Source of the DNA: Clostridiales bacterium
Lineage (GTDB): Bacteria > Bacillota > Clostridia > Christensenellales > CAG-314
Assembly: GCA_022508305.1 (NCBI GenBank)
Contig: JAFLVM010000001.1
Coordinates: 770,341 to 834,340, forward strand
Direction: 5' to 3'
Length of the DNA: 64,000 nucleotides
A program made the translations under genes and the position numbers. The notes under the pieces are model-generated. The model was given only the letters and a program-made list of their open reading frames with translations, made no database searches and had not been told where the DNA came from. Shown one piece after another: positions 30,408 to 39,808 of the stretch (positions are counted from its first letter, which is position 1; every line of letters begins with the position of its first letter).

Positions 30408-32744
30408 ATGATAAGTGTAAAAAATAACCTATTTCGCATCGACACGGACAACACCACCTACGTTTTTAGGGTGAATGCGGCTAAACAGCTTGAACACCTG
30501 TACTACGGAGCGAGGTTACGCGGCGAAATCGAGGACGCGAGCTTTCTCATTGACAAGCAGGGCAGCGGACAAGGCTCGGCAATTTCAGTGGAAAGCGAGG
30601 AGGGAAAGATTTTCCCCGACAACACCTGTTACGAGTGTTCGTCAGTCGGTCGTGGCGATTACCGCGAAAATATTGTAACTGCGGTAGGAAAAGATGACAG
30701 CACCGTGTGCGAATTTGTGTACATGGGGTGGGAATTTGTGGAAAATTTTGCCATTCCCAACCTGCCCAACAGCCACGGCAAAGAACAAACGCTTGCCGTT
30801 CACCTTGCCGACCACGCAAAGAAAATAAACCTTACGCTCTACTACTCTACCTTGACGGACTGCGACGTAATCGTCAAAAGCGTTGCCGTTACAAACGACG
30901 GTGAGAGTGAAGTTCGCTTGCTTCGCGTGATGAGCAATCAATTGGATTTGTGCGACGACGACTACACTCTCGTAACGTTGGACGGAACTTGGGCAAGAGA
31001 GCGGTACGTCAACAGCGAAAAGCTGCGTGTGGGCATTACGAAAATAGACAGCAAGCGCGGGGTTAGTTCCAACACCCACAATCCCTACGTCGTGCTCAAA
31101 AAGAATGACTGTAACCTGACCAACGGCTGCGCGTACGGCTTCAATCTCGTGTATTCGGGCAATCATGCGGAAATCTTCGACAAAACACCCCTCGGCAAGG
31201 TGCGCGTACTAAACGGACTGAACGACACGGACTTTTGTTGGCACCTCAATGCGGGGGAAACGTTTTACTCTCCCGAATCAACGCTGTGCTACTCGGACTG
31301 CGGAATAAACACGCTTTCACAGCGTTACCACAAGTTTGTAAACGAGCATATAGTACCCAAACAGTGGGCTTACCGCGAAAGACCCATATTAGTCAACAAC
31401 TGGGAAGCCACCTACTTCAACTTTACGGAAAAGAAGCTGCTTGACATTGCCAAATGCGCCAAAAGTCTCGGCATTGAGCTTTTCGTGTTGGACGACGGTT
31501 GGTTTGGAAAACGTACCAACGACAGCCGAGGGCTTGGCGACTGGACGGTAAACAAAAGCCGACTTCCGCAAGGTTTGGACGGGTTATCCAAGAAAATTAA
31601 CAAGATGGGGTTACAATTCGGCATCTGGGTAGAGCCGGAAATGGTCAATCCCGACAGTGAACTGTACCGCGCTCACCCCGACTGGGCGGTAAAGCACCCC
31701 GACTACACGCCGCAGCTGTGTCGCAATCAACTGCTGCTTGACTTGTGTAACGACGACGTTTGCGATTACGTGATTGACTCAATGAGCAAGGTGTTCAGTT
31801 CGGCTAATATTTCCTACGTCAAGTGGGACTTCAACCGTCCGCTCACCGACTGCTACTCGCCTACTCTCGGCAACCGTCAAGGGGAGTTCAACTACCGCTT
31901 TATGCTCGGCTTCTACCGCATATTGAAGGAGCTGACGGACAAATTCCCCGACGTTCTATTTGAGGGGTGCGCGTCGGGCGGTAACCGATTTGACTTGGGT
32001 GTTCTAAGTTACATGCCTCAGATTTGGTGCAGTGACAACACCGACAGCTTCGACAGAGTTCGTATACACGAGGGAACGCTCATGGGCTACCCGCAAAGCA
32101 CTATTGGCAGCCACGTTTCCGCAAGCCCCAATCACCAAACGTTACGCCAAAGTACTGTTGACAACCGCTTCAACACCGCTTGCATAGGCGCGTTCGGCTA
32201 CGAGTTGGATTTGACTGCGCAAAGCAAATCCGACCTTGACCGTATCGAACAGCAGATTGCTTGGTACAAAAAATACCGCAAAACACTGCAATTCGGAACT
32301 TACCACCAGCTTAGGAGCGTATTTAGTGACAGTAAAGCAAGTTGGGCGATAGTTGCCAACGACAAATCTCAAGCTGTAGCAAATCTTACTAACACAATTC
32401 ATCAAACCATACCGCAACAGGAAGTGTTAAAGGTTCCCGACCTCACGCCCGAGGGCAAATACAAGTTTGAAACGCGGCAGCACGTGTTCAATTTGAAATC
32501 CTTTGGCGGACTTATCAACAACATTTCCCCCGTTCACCTCAACGAGGACGGAAAAATAGTTGACTTGATTGCCAAGGTGTACCCGCTAAAAGGCGAAGTT
32601 CAAAGCTACACTTTGACGGGCGAAATGCTTGCAAAATGCGGCGTAAAGCTCAACCAAGAGTGGTCAAGCACGGGCTACGACGGCAACACCCGCGTGATGT
32701 TCGACTTCGGCAGCAGACTGTACTCCATTGACAAAATTGATTAG
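30408..32744 (+). CDS. Alpha-galactosidase, glycoside hydrolase family 36
   Basis: 778 aa. LFVLDDGWF, YVKWDFNR and FEGCASGGNRFD motifs are characteristic of GH36. Start at 30408. Confidence 0.88.
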   Translation: MISVKNNLFRIDTDNTTYVFRVNAAKQLEHLYYGARLRGEIEDASFLIDKQGSGQGSAISVESEEGKIFPDNTCYECSSVGRGDYRENIVTAVGKDDSTVCEFVYMGWEFVENFAIPNLPNSHGKEQTLAVHLADHAKKINLTLYYSTLTDCDVIVKSVAVTNDGESEVRLLRVMSNQLDLCDDDYTLVTLDGTWARERYVNSEKLRVGITKIDSKRGVSSNTHNPYVVLKKNDCNLTNGCAYGFNLVYSGNHAEIFDKTPLGKVRVLNGLNDTDFCWHLNAGETFYSPESTLCYSDCGINTLSQRYHKFVNEHIVPKQWAYRERPILVNNWEATYFNFTEKKLLDIAKCAKSLGIELFVLDDGWFGKRTNDSRGLGDWTVNKSRLPQGLDGLSKKINKMGLQFGIWVEPEMVNPDSELYRAHPDWAVKHPDYTPQLCRNQLLLDLCNDDVCDYVIDSMSKVFSSANISYVKWDFNRPLTDCYSPTLGNRQGEFNYRFMLGFYRILKELTDKFPDVLFEGCASGGNRFDLGVLSYMPQIWCSDNTDSFDRVRIHEGTLMGYPQSTIGSHVSASPNHQTLRQSTVDNRFNTACIGAFGYELDLTAQSKSDLDRIEQQIAWYKKYRKTLQFGTYHQLRSVFSDSKASWAIVANDKSQAVANLTNTIHQTIPQQEVLKVPDLTPEGKYKFETRQHVFNLKSFGGLINNISPVHLNEDGKIVDLIAKVYPLKGEVQSYTLTGEMLAKCGVKLNQEWSSTGYDGNTRVMFDFGSRLYSIDKID

Positions 32745-32773
32745 TTATAATTAGTTATAAGGAAATATTTACT

Positions 32774-33232
32774 ATGATTAGAACTTTTCGTCCGTATAAA
32801 CTAAATATATTTAGTTTGTTAGGCGCTTTGTTATTTGCAGGAATAATGATATTTTTTGCTACGTTAGGCGACGGACTTGCCGATAGAGGAAAGTTGTTAT
32901 GCTTCATATGCGCCGGCGTAGTAAGCGTGATATTTCTCATTTTGTGTATTCTATCTCTGTTTTGTTGTGTAAAAGTAGACGACGAAAAAGTAACTGTTTG
33001 CGTAGGAATTTACTCAAACAACAAAAAATATAGAGGAATAAAGCAGCACGAAATTCGTTACGAAGAAATACAAAATATAGCAATTTCTTATATGACGACT
33101 ACAACTCTAACTATTAACTTAAAATCGGATGAAATTGTTTTGCGCGCACAGCATTACGGTGAGAAAAAGATAAAAGAAATGTATACTTCGTTGAACAACC
33201 AATTAGCAAAAAGTCGAAATAAAGAAATATAA
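32774..33232 (+). CDS. Hypothetical membrane protein
   Basis: 152 aa, AT-rich, with two N-terminal TM helices and a soluble C-terminal domain. No family recognised. Confidence 0.5.
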   Translation: MIRTFRPYKLNIFSLLGALLFAGIMIFFATLGDGLADRGKLLCFICAGVVSVIFLILCILSLFCCVKVDDEKVTVCVGIYSNNKKYRGIKQHEIRYEEIQNIAISYMTTTTLTINLKSDEIVLRAQHYGEKKIKEMYTSLNNQLAKSRNKEI

Positions 33233-33243
33233 AAAAAATAAAC

Positions 33244-33276
33244 AAGGCTCCCATGCGCAATGGGAGCCTTTTTTGT
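33244..33276. terminator. Bidirectional rho-independent terminator
   Basis: AAGGCTCCCAT-gcgca-ATGGGAGCCTT (11-bp stem) flanked by A-run and TTTTGTG. Lies between convergent genes. Confidence 0.85.
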
Positions 33277-33292
33277 GTGAAATGTCCGAGCC

Positions 33293-34774
33293 TTACACTT
33301 TGTAGCGCGCTCTTTCGATGCAGTTTGTCCAGCCGTCCACGAGCTTTTTGCGCTTTTCTTCCTCCATCGAGGGGGTAAAGGTGCGCTCGATTTGCTTGTT
33401 TGCCTTGATTTCTTCGATATTTTTCCAGTAGCCTACCGCAAGTCCTGCAAGATAGCACGCGCCGAGAGCCGTAGTTTCCACCACCTTGGGGCGCACTACG
33501 TTCGTATTCAAGATGTCCGCTTGGAACTGCAACAGGAAATTGTTGGCGGAAGCGCCGCCGTCCACGTTCAAGGAAGTTATCGGGCTACCCAAATCCTTTT
33601 CCATTGCCTTAGCCACGTCGTACACTTGGTAAGCAATTCCTTCGAGCGCGGCGCGAATAAAGTGTTCCTTCTTGGTGCCGCGCGTCAAGCCGTAAATTGT
33701 TCCGCGCACCTTGGCATCCCAGTGAGGAGCGCCCAATCCCACGAAAGCGGGAATGAGGTACACTCCGTTGGTGTCCTTTACACTCATTGCGTACTTTTCG
33801 GTGTCGGAAGCGGACTTAATCATTCGCATTTCGTCACGTAGCCATTGCACTATCGCGCCACCCATAAACACGCTACCTTCAAGCACGTACTGCGGTTTGT
33901 CAGTTGTGCCCGCCGCAAGCGTAGTAATCAAGCCTTTGGATTGAACGGGCTTGTTTCCTGTATTCATCAAGAGAAAGCAGCCTGTACCGTAGGTGTTTTT
34001 CATGCTGCCTTCTTCTACGCACAGCTGACCGTACAGCGCTGCCTGTTGGTCGCCCACAACTCCGCAAATGGGAATTTTTGCGCCCACAATTGAGCGTTCT
34101 GCGTGACCGTAGTTGTAGCTTGACGGTCTGACAACGGGAAGCATACGCGCGGGAATGTCGAATAATTTAAGCAAATCCTCGTCCCACTTGAGCGTGTGAA
34201 TGTTGAACAGCATCGTACGCGACGCATTGGTGTAGTCGGTTGCGTGAATTTTGCCCTTACTAAGATGCCACATTACGTAGGTGTCTACTGTTCCGAACAG
34301 CAGCTCGCCCTTTTTTGCCCGCTCTCTTGCGCCATTGACGTTGTCGAGAATCCACTTCAACTTGGTTGCGGAAAAATAGGCGTCCAACACCAAGCCCGTC
34401 TTTTCGTAAATCATCTTGTCAAGCCCTTGCGCTTTGAGCTGATCGCAGTACTCCGCCGTGCGGCGACATTGCCACACGATTGCGTTGTAGATGGGCTTGC
34501 CCGTTTTCCTATCCCAAACGATAGTCGTTTCGCGTTGGTTGGTTATGCCGATTGCAGCAATATCCTCGCTTGTGACGCCCGCGCGAATGAGAGCTTCGGG
34601 AATTACGCCCACCTGACTGCCCATAATTTCGTTTGGATCGTGCTCTACCCAACCTGTGTGGGGGTAGATTTGCGGAAATTCCTGCTGCGCAGAACCTAAA
34701 ATTTCACCCTTGTGGTTGAAAACTATCGCGCGCGAACTGGTCGTACCTTGATCCAACGCAAGAATGTATTTCAT
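33293..34774 (-). CDS. glpK: Glycerol kinase
   Basis: [28 protein letters not shown], and FGGY-family C-terminal motifs. 493 aa. Confidence 0.96.
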   Translation of the reverse strand: MKYILALDQGTTSSRAIVFNHKGEILGSAQQEFPQIYPHTGWVEHDPNEIMGSQVGVIPEALIRAGVTSEDIAAIGITNQRETTIVWDRKTGKPIYNAIVWQCRRTAEYCDQLKAQGLDKMIYEKTGLVLDAYFSATKLKWILDNVNGARERAKKGELLFGTVDTYVMWHLSKGKIHATDYTNASRTMLFNIHTLKWDEDLLKLFDIPARMLPVVRPSSYNYGHAERSIVGAKIPICGVVGDQQAALYGQLCVEEGSMKNTYGTGCFLLMNTGNKPVQSKGLITTLAAGTTDKPQYVLEGSVFMGGAIVQWLRDEMRMIKSASDTEKYAMSVKDTNGVYLIPAFVGLGAPHWDAKVRGTIYGLTRGTKKEHFIRAALEGIAYQVYDVAKAMEKDLGSPITSLNVDGGASANNFLLQFQADILNTNVVRPKVVETTALGACYLAGLAVGYWKNIEEIKANKQIERTFTPSMEEEKRKKLVDGWTNCIERARYKV

Positions 34775-34792
34775 GCTAAACTCCTTCCCGCG

Positions 34793-35152
34793 CTATAATT
34801 TCGCAGCCTGACTTGTAGCGATTACGTTGACGTCCGTTCCGCACACGTTAGCAACGAGAACGTCGCCGATAGCTACGGGAGCGACTGCCTTTACCTTTTT
34901 GATAACCTTCAAGCAGTCGAAAATCTTTTCCTTTGGAATAGGCTCTGACGTTTTGACGGACACGCGAGCTACCTTGCCGCCCTTAACGGGAACGGAGCTT
35001 GTCACCATACGCTTGGGAGCGGTAACTTCGCTTGTCGCGTAGGTCACTCCGCGGGGGCAGGTGTTGCCCGTAACCTTGATATTAGCCAAATCGTTGTCAT
35101 CTACGCTGAGATGGCAGCCTAACGGACAGTTTATACAAATAAGCTCTTTCAT
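34793..35152 (-). CDS. DUF1667 domain protein (small subunit of the clostridial-type glycerol-3-P dehydrogenase complex)
   Basis: 119 aa. MKELICINCPLGCHL...GNTCPRG. Follows two FAD oxidoreductase genes and shares 1 nt with the upstream stop (TAATG). Confidence 0.75.
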   Translation of the reverse strand: MKELICINCPLGCHLSVDDNDLANIKVTGNTCPRGVTYATSEVTAPKRMVTSSVPVKGGKVARVSVKTSEPIPKEKIFDCLKVIKKVKAVAPVAIGDVLVANVCGTDVNVIATSQAAKL

Positions 35153-36423
35153 TATTTGTCCCCTCCAACGTTCAAAGTTACTTCCAGTTTAGAACCTTTC
35201 TTGACCTTTTCGACAAGCTCGGGTTTCAACACGATAGTTTCCATTTCGCCGGGAGTAACTATTTGCTTACGGCGAGAAACAATCTTTTCGCCGTCGAGTA
35301 GCACCGCAATTTCCACCTTCTTAAAGGCATTGGCTACTCTCATACGAAGGCTTATCTGTTCGTAGTTGCCGTCCTTACGAATTTTTTGCGGAACGACGTA
35401 TCTCACGCCGTTTGTGCCGACGGTGGGTACGAATTCCTTTGTTTTTACCCCCTCGAGCACGTACTTGGCCGCGCACTTACCCGCGTGAGAGCTTTCCTCG
35501 CTTACGTAGTCCACAAGGTCGTGAACGTGCAACACGTTACCGCATTCGAAAATGCCCTCTACGCTCGTCATCATTTGGTCGTCTACCACCGCGCCGTTTG
35601 TAATGGGCGAAATTTGCACTCCCGCGTAGCCTGCAAGCTCGTTTTCGGGAATAAGTCCTACCGACAGTAGCAACGTGTCGCAGGTAATTTCTTCCGCCGT
35701 TTCCATCATGGGTTGCAGCTTGTCGTTTACCTGCGCAATCACTACCGACGACACTCTGCCGTTAGTTGACTTGATGTCAACGACGGTGTGTGAAAATTTG
35801 AGCGGAATGTCGTAGTCGTTCAAGCACTGAACGATGTTTCTGTTCAGTCCCGACGAGTAGGGCATAAGCTCCACTACCGCCTTGACCTTAGCGCCCTCGA
35901 AGGTCATACGGCGCGCCATGATAAGTCCGATGTCGCCCGAGCCGAGGATTACCACCTCTTTGCCGGGCATAAGTCCTTGAATGTTGACAAGTTTTTGCGC
36001 CGTGCCCGCCGAGAAAATTCCCGCTGCGCGCGCTCCCGCAATGTTAATGCCACCGCGCGGACGTTCACGGCAACCGCAAGTAAGAATGATTGCCTTGGCG
36101 GATATCTTTTGCAAGCCTTCCTTTTCGCTGACGTAGGTTACCGTTTTGTCGTGGCTGACGTTGATAACGGTAGAACCCAACTTGTAGTCAATTCCCCTTT
36201 GGTAAACAAGCTGCTCAAAGCGAGCTGCGTACTCGGGGCCTGTCAGCTCCTCCTTGAAGGTGTGAAGACCGAAGCCGTTGTGTATGCACTGATTGAGTAT
36301 TCCGCCGAGAGTTTCTTCACGCTCGAGAATTACAAGCTTCCTTATTCCCGCGTCGTAAGCCGCAGTTGCAGCGGCAAGACCTGCAGGGCCGCCGCCGACA
36401 ATTACAAGATCACAGTGTTTCAT
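35152..36423 (-). CDS. NAD(P)/FAD-dependent (pyridine nucleotide-disulfide type) oxidoreductase
   Basis: MKHCDLVIVGGGPAGLAAA and a second GSGDIGL dinucleotide fold. Start 36423 forms an ATGA overlap with the upstream stop; the track start at 36543 is rejected. Confidence 0.8.
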   Translation of the reverse strand: MKHCDLVIVGGGPAGLAAATAAYDAGIRKLVILEREETLGGILNQCIHNGFGLHTFKEELTGPEYAARFEQLVYQRGIDYKLGSTVINVSHDKTVTYVSEKEGLQKISAKAIILTCGCRERPRGGINIAGARAAGIFSAGTAQKLVNIQGLMPGKEVVILGSGDIGLIMARRMTFEGAKVKAVVELMPYSSGLNRNIVQCLNDYDIPLKFSHTVVDIKSTNGRVSSVVIAQVNDKLQPMMETAEEITCDTLLLSVGLIPENELAGYAGVQISPITNGAVVDDQMMTSVEGIFECGNVLHVHDLVDYVSEESSHAGKCAAKYVLEGVKTKEFVPTVGTNGVRYVVPQKIRKDGNYEQISLRMRVANAFKKVEIAVLLDGEKIVSRRKQIVTPGEMETIVLKPELVEKVKKGSKLEVTLNVGGDK

Positions 36424-37850
36424 TCCGTCCTCCCCACCACAACGTGGCTTCCCTTGCCGTTTTTCGTAATTTCCGTCATGTCTTTGCCAAGCTCGCGTGA
36501 CAGTATTTCCATAATTCGCGGCGTGCAGAATCCCATTTGACATCTGCCCATGCCCGCGCGGGTACGGCGTTTGACACCGTCAAGGTCGGTTGCGCCGAGA
36601 GGTCTACGAATACTGTCCACAATCTCGCCCTCGGTGACGTTTTCGCAACGGCACACAATTTTGCCGTAGAGGGGATTTTTGTCAATTAGCTGTTTTCTTT
36701 CGCTGTCGGACATACGCGCAAAACAGGGAATACCCTTGCGCCTTGCCACAAAGTTGGTTTTCTTCTTTGCGTTTAGCCGCATTGCGACCTCTTCCGCTAC
36801 GTCCACGGCTATTGCGGGCGCTGCGGACAGTCCGGGCGATTCGATACCTGCCACGTTGAAGAAATTTTGTATTTCGCTTTCGCCGATTACGAAGTCGCCT
36901 TCGGTTGAGTGCGCGCGAAGTCCTGCAAATTGAGTGATTATATCACGGCGAGAAAGTGAGGGCACGCTTAATAATGCCGTACCGAAAGCGGCGTTTAAGC
37001 CCTCTACCGTGGTGTCTACGTCGGATTTGTCGGGTATATCTTCCGCTGTAGGTCCTACGATTACGTTGCCGTGAGTTGTCGGAGCAACGAGCACGCCCTT
37101 GCCCATCTTGGTCGGTTGTTGGAACAGCGTTTTGTCCGTTAAGCCGCCGCACTTTTTGTCCAACAGCACGTATTCGCCCTTGCGGGCAACGATGTTGATG
37201 GGTCTGCTCACCTTCATGATGTTGTAAATTTCATCGGCGTACACGCCCGCGCAGTTGATGACAATCTTCGTCCAAAGAGAACGGTTGTCGGAAAGTCGCA
37301 CTTCAAAGCCGTTCTTGGAGTTGAGTATGCTCTTCACTTGGCTGCCCAAAATAAACTCCACCCCGTTCGTTGCGGCGTTTTCCGCAAGAGCAACGGTCAT
37401 CTCGTAGGGGCTTGCAATTGCCGACGTTTCCGCGTACAGCGCCGCAACCACCTTGTCGGACACGTTGGGTTCCAATTTTCTCACAGCGTCGCCGTCTAAA
37501 ATAGAAAGACCACTTACTCCGTTGCGCTTGCCCTGCTCGAGCAGCTCGATAAGTTCGCCCTTGCTGTTTTCGTCAAAGCACAGCACCAAAGCGCCGTTTC
37601 TGCGATAGGGGAAATCCAACTCCTCGGCAAGTTTCGGGAACATTCTTGCGCCCAAAACGTTGTAAATAGCCTTGTTCGTACCTGTCTTTGCGTCAAATCC
37701 CGCGTGTACTATGCCGGAATTTGCCTTGCTTGTGCCCATTGCAACGTCGTTTTCCTTGTCTACTACTGCAACGGACAGCTGGTAGCGCGAAAGCTCTCGG
37801 GCAATGCTGCATCCTATAACTCCCGCGCCGACGATTAGCACGTCATACAT
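36420..37850 (-). CDS. FAD-dependent glycerol-3-phosphate dehydrogenase/oxidase-like oxidoreductase with a BFD-like [2Fe-2S] domain
   Basis: MYDVLIVGAGVIGCSIAREL (DAO fold) and C-terminal CRCENVTEGEIVDSI...MGRCQMGFC. Confidence 0.8.
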   Translation of the reverse strand: MYDVLIVGAGVIGCSIARELSRYQLSVAVVDKENDVAMGTSKANSGIVHAGFDAKTGTNKAIYNVLGARMFPKLAEELDFPYRRNGALVLCFDENSKGELIELLEQGKRNGVSGLSILDGDAVRKLEPNVSDKVVAALYAETSAIASPYEMTVALAENAATNGVEFILGSQVKSILNSKNGFEVRLSDNRSLWTKIVINCAGVYADEIYNIMKVSRPINIVARKGEYVLLDKKCGGLTDKTLFQQPTKMGKGVLVAPTTHGNVIVGPTAEDIPDKSDVDTTVEGLNAAFGTALLSVPSLSRRDIITQFAGLRAHSTEGDFVIGESEIQNFFNVAGIESPGLSAAPAIAVDVAEEVAMRLNAKKKTNFVARRKGIPCFARMSDSERKQLIDKNPLYGKIVCRCENVTEGEIVDSIRRPLGATDLDGVKRRTRAGMGRCQMGFCTPRIMEILSRELGKDMTEITKNGKGSHVVVGRTE

Positions 37851-37922
37851 AAGTTTTCACCTCTTTTTCTTTCAGCTGAATTTGATTAAGCCAAAGTTGT
37901 TAAAGTTATTCGTTGAATTCGG

Positions 37923-38849
37923 TTACTTTTGAGCAAGCAGCGCTCTTGCGCGGGTGACGATGTCTTCCGCCGTCAAGCCGTAGTCGCGCTTGAGGTCTTC
38001 GAGACTACCCACCTGAGTGAGCTTGTCGCGTACCGCCACGGCGTCGCACAAGGTCGGACAACGCGCCGACAGCGTTTCGCACACTGCCGAATACAGTCCG
38101 CCGTGAATACTGTGGTTTTCTACAGTCAGCACCGCGCCCGTCTTTTTGGCTGAAGCGACGATTGCTTCCTCGTCTAAAGGCTTAACCGTGTGAATACCGA
38201 TAAGCTCTACGCTAATGCCTTCAGCTTTCAACGTTTCCGCAGCTTTCTTGGCGTCAAACAGGCTGGTTCCGCTTGCAACGATGGTGATGTCCTTGCCTCT
38301 TTCCAGTAGGTCTGCCTTGCCAAGACGGAACTCGTAACTGTCGTCAAACAGCTCTTCCGTCTGCTTGCGTACGAAACGAATGTACATTGCGCCGGGGTGA
38401 GCTACTATCGCCGGCAAAGCTTTACGCAGTTGCACGCCGTCTACAATGTCAAGCACTGTGACGTTGCAAAGCGCGCGCAGACTGGCAATATCTTCAAAAC
38501 ACATGTGCGTACCGCCGTTGTAGGTGGTGTGCACGCCGGGGTCAAAGCCCACAATCTTGACGTTTTGCTCGGAATAACTGATAGAAACGGCTATTTGGTC
38601 GTATATGCGGCGCGTTGCAAAGGGAGCAAAGCTGTGAATGAAGGGCACGAATCCGCTTGCGGCAAGTCCCGTGGCTATGCAACACATGTTTGCCTCGGCA
38701 ATGCCTACGTCTATACATCTGTCGGGAAATTCCGAATACAACGCCTTTGTTCCGCCTGCGCCTGCAAGGTCGGAGTCAAGCACGAATATTTTGTCGTTTT
38801 GTTTCATCAGGCGAGAAAGCTCGTTAACGTATTCTTTTCTTAATTCCAT
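37923..38849 (-). CDS. Transketolase, C-terminal (pyrimidine-binding) subunit
   Basis: 308 aa. Contains DVGIAEANM and matches the Pyr/C-terminal domains of split transketolase. Confidence 0.88.
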   Translation of the reverse strand: MELRKEYVNELSRLMKQNDKIFVLDSDLAGAGGTKALYSEFPDRCIDVGIAEANMCCIATGLAASGFVPFIHSFAPFATRRIYDQIAVSISYSEQNVKIVGFDPGVHTTYNGGTHMCFEDIASLRALCNVTVLDIVDGVQLRKALPAIVAHPGAMYIRFVRKQTEELFDDSYEFRLGKADLLERGKDITIVASGTSLFDAKKAAETLKAEGISVELIGIHTVKPLDEEAIVASAKKTGAVLTVENHSIHGGLYSAVCETLSARCPTLCDAVAVRDKLTQVGSLEDLKRDYGLTAEDIVTRARALLAQK

Positions 38850-38861
38850 TGTGAATACCCC

Positions 38862-39665
38862 CTATTTCAATTCTTCAAGCGCGCGCTCGTATTGCTCGTC
38901 TGTGACGTTGGTGCTGTGCACGCCTACGCCCATGGTTTCGTAGAAACTTACGCCCTTGCCCTTGACGGTGTCCATCACAATGCAGTGAGGAGCGCCCTTT
39001 TGTGACTTTGCGCGTGTAATTGCTCTGTCCAAAGCTTCGTGGTCGTGACCGTTGACGCGCTGTGTGAAGAATCCAAACGCGGCAAACTTGGTTTGAAGGT
39101 CCTCTACGTCCATTACATCTTTGGTCAGTCCGTCAATTTGCATCTTGTTGCTGTCCACAAGCACGATGAGGTTGTCAAGATGCTTGCAGCCTGCAAACAT
39201 TGCCGCTTCCCAGCATTGTCCCTCTTGCAACTCGCCTTCGCCCGTGATTACGTACACGAATTTGTCAATTTTGTTGGCAATGTTGCCGAGAGCCAACCCG
39301 CACGCGCAACTTAGTCCCTGTCCGAGACTGCCCGCCGTCATGTCTACGCCGGGAGTGAGATTGATGTTTACGTGACTGGGCAGACGCGTTCCCAACTTGT
39401 TGAGAGTGTCAAGCCACTCCATTGGGAAAAAGCCCTTCAATGCCAACGTCGCGTACAGCGCGGGGCCTGCGTGACCCTTGCTCAAAACGAGCTTGTCACG
39501 GTCGGGCTTACGCGGATTTTTCGGGTCAACGTTCATGTGATTGCCGTACAGCACCGCAAGCGCGTCCACTATCGACAGACTTCCTCCGACGTGACCGGAA
39601 CCTTGCGAATGTAGACATCTCAAGGTGTTGCGTCTTATTTCTTTGCTGAATTGTACTAAATCCAT
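38862..39665 (-). CDS. Transketolase, N-terminal (TPP-binding) subunit
   Basis: 267 aa. GSGHVGGSLS, LSKGHAGPALYA and GEGELQEGQCWEA motifs. Confidence 0.9.
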   Translation of the reverse strand: MDLVQFSKEIRRNTLRCLHSQGSGHVGGSLSIVDALAVLYGNHMNVDPKNPRKPDRDKLVLSKGHAGPALYATLALKGFFPMEWLDTLNKLGTRLPSHVNINLTPGVDMTAGSLGQGLSCACGLALGNIANKIDKFVYVITGEGELQEGQCWEAAMFAGCKHLDNLIVLVDSNKMQIDGLTKDVMDVEDLQTKFAAFGFFTQRVNGHDHEALDRAITRAKSQKGAPHCIVMDTVKGKGVSFYETMGVGVHSTNVTDEQYERALEELK

Positions 39666-39808
39666 ATTTCACCTCAAAAATTTGTTTAGAGTTTTTGCCG
39701 TCTTTTTTTGAAACCTACAAATTATTGTATCAAATTTCAAGAGCAATTTCCATAGGTATTTAAAATTTTGTCAGTAATTTTTTGTCTGCAATTTCTTATC
39801 AGTAATTT

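Noticed and set aside
33293-39665. Split transketolase genes directly upstream of the glycerol-3-P dehydrogenase/glpK genes
   Set aside because: This is a coherent, ordinary carbon-metabolism cluster. I noted it only as a taxonomic hint.
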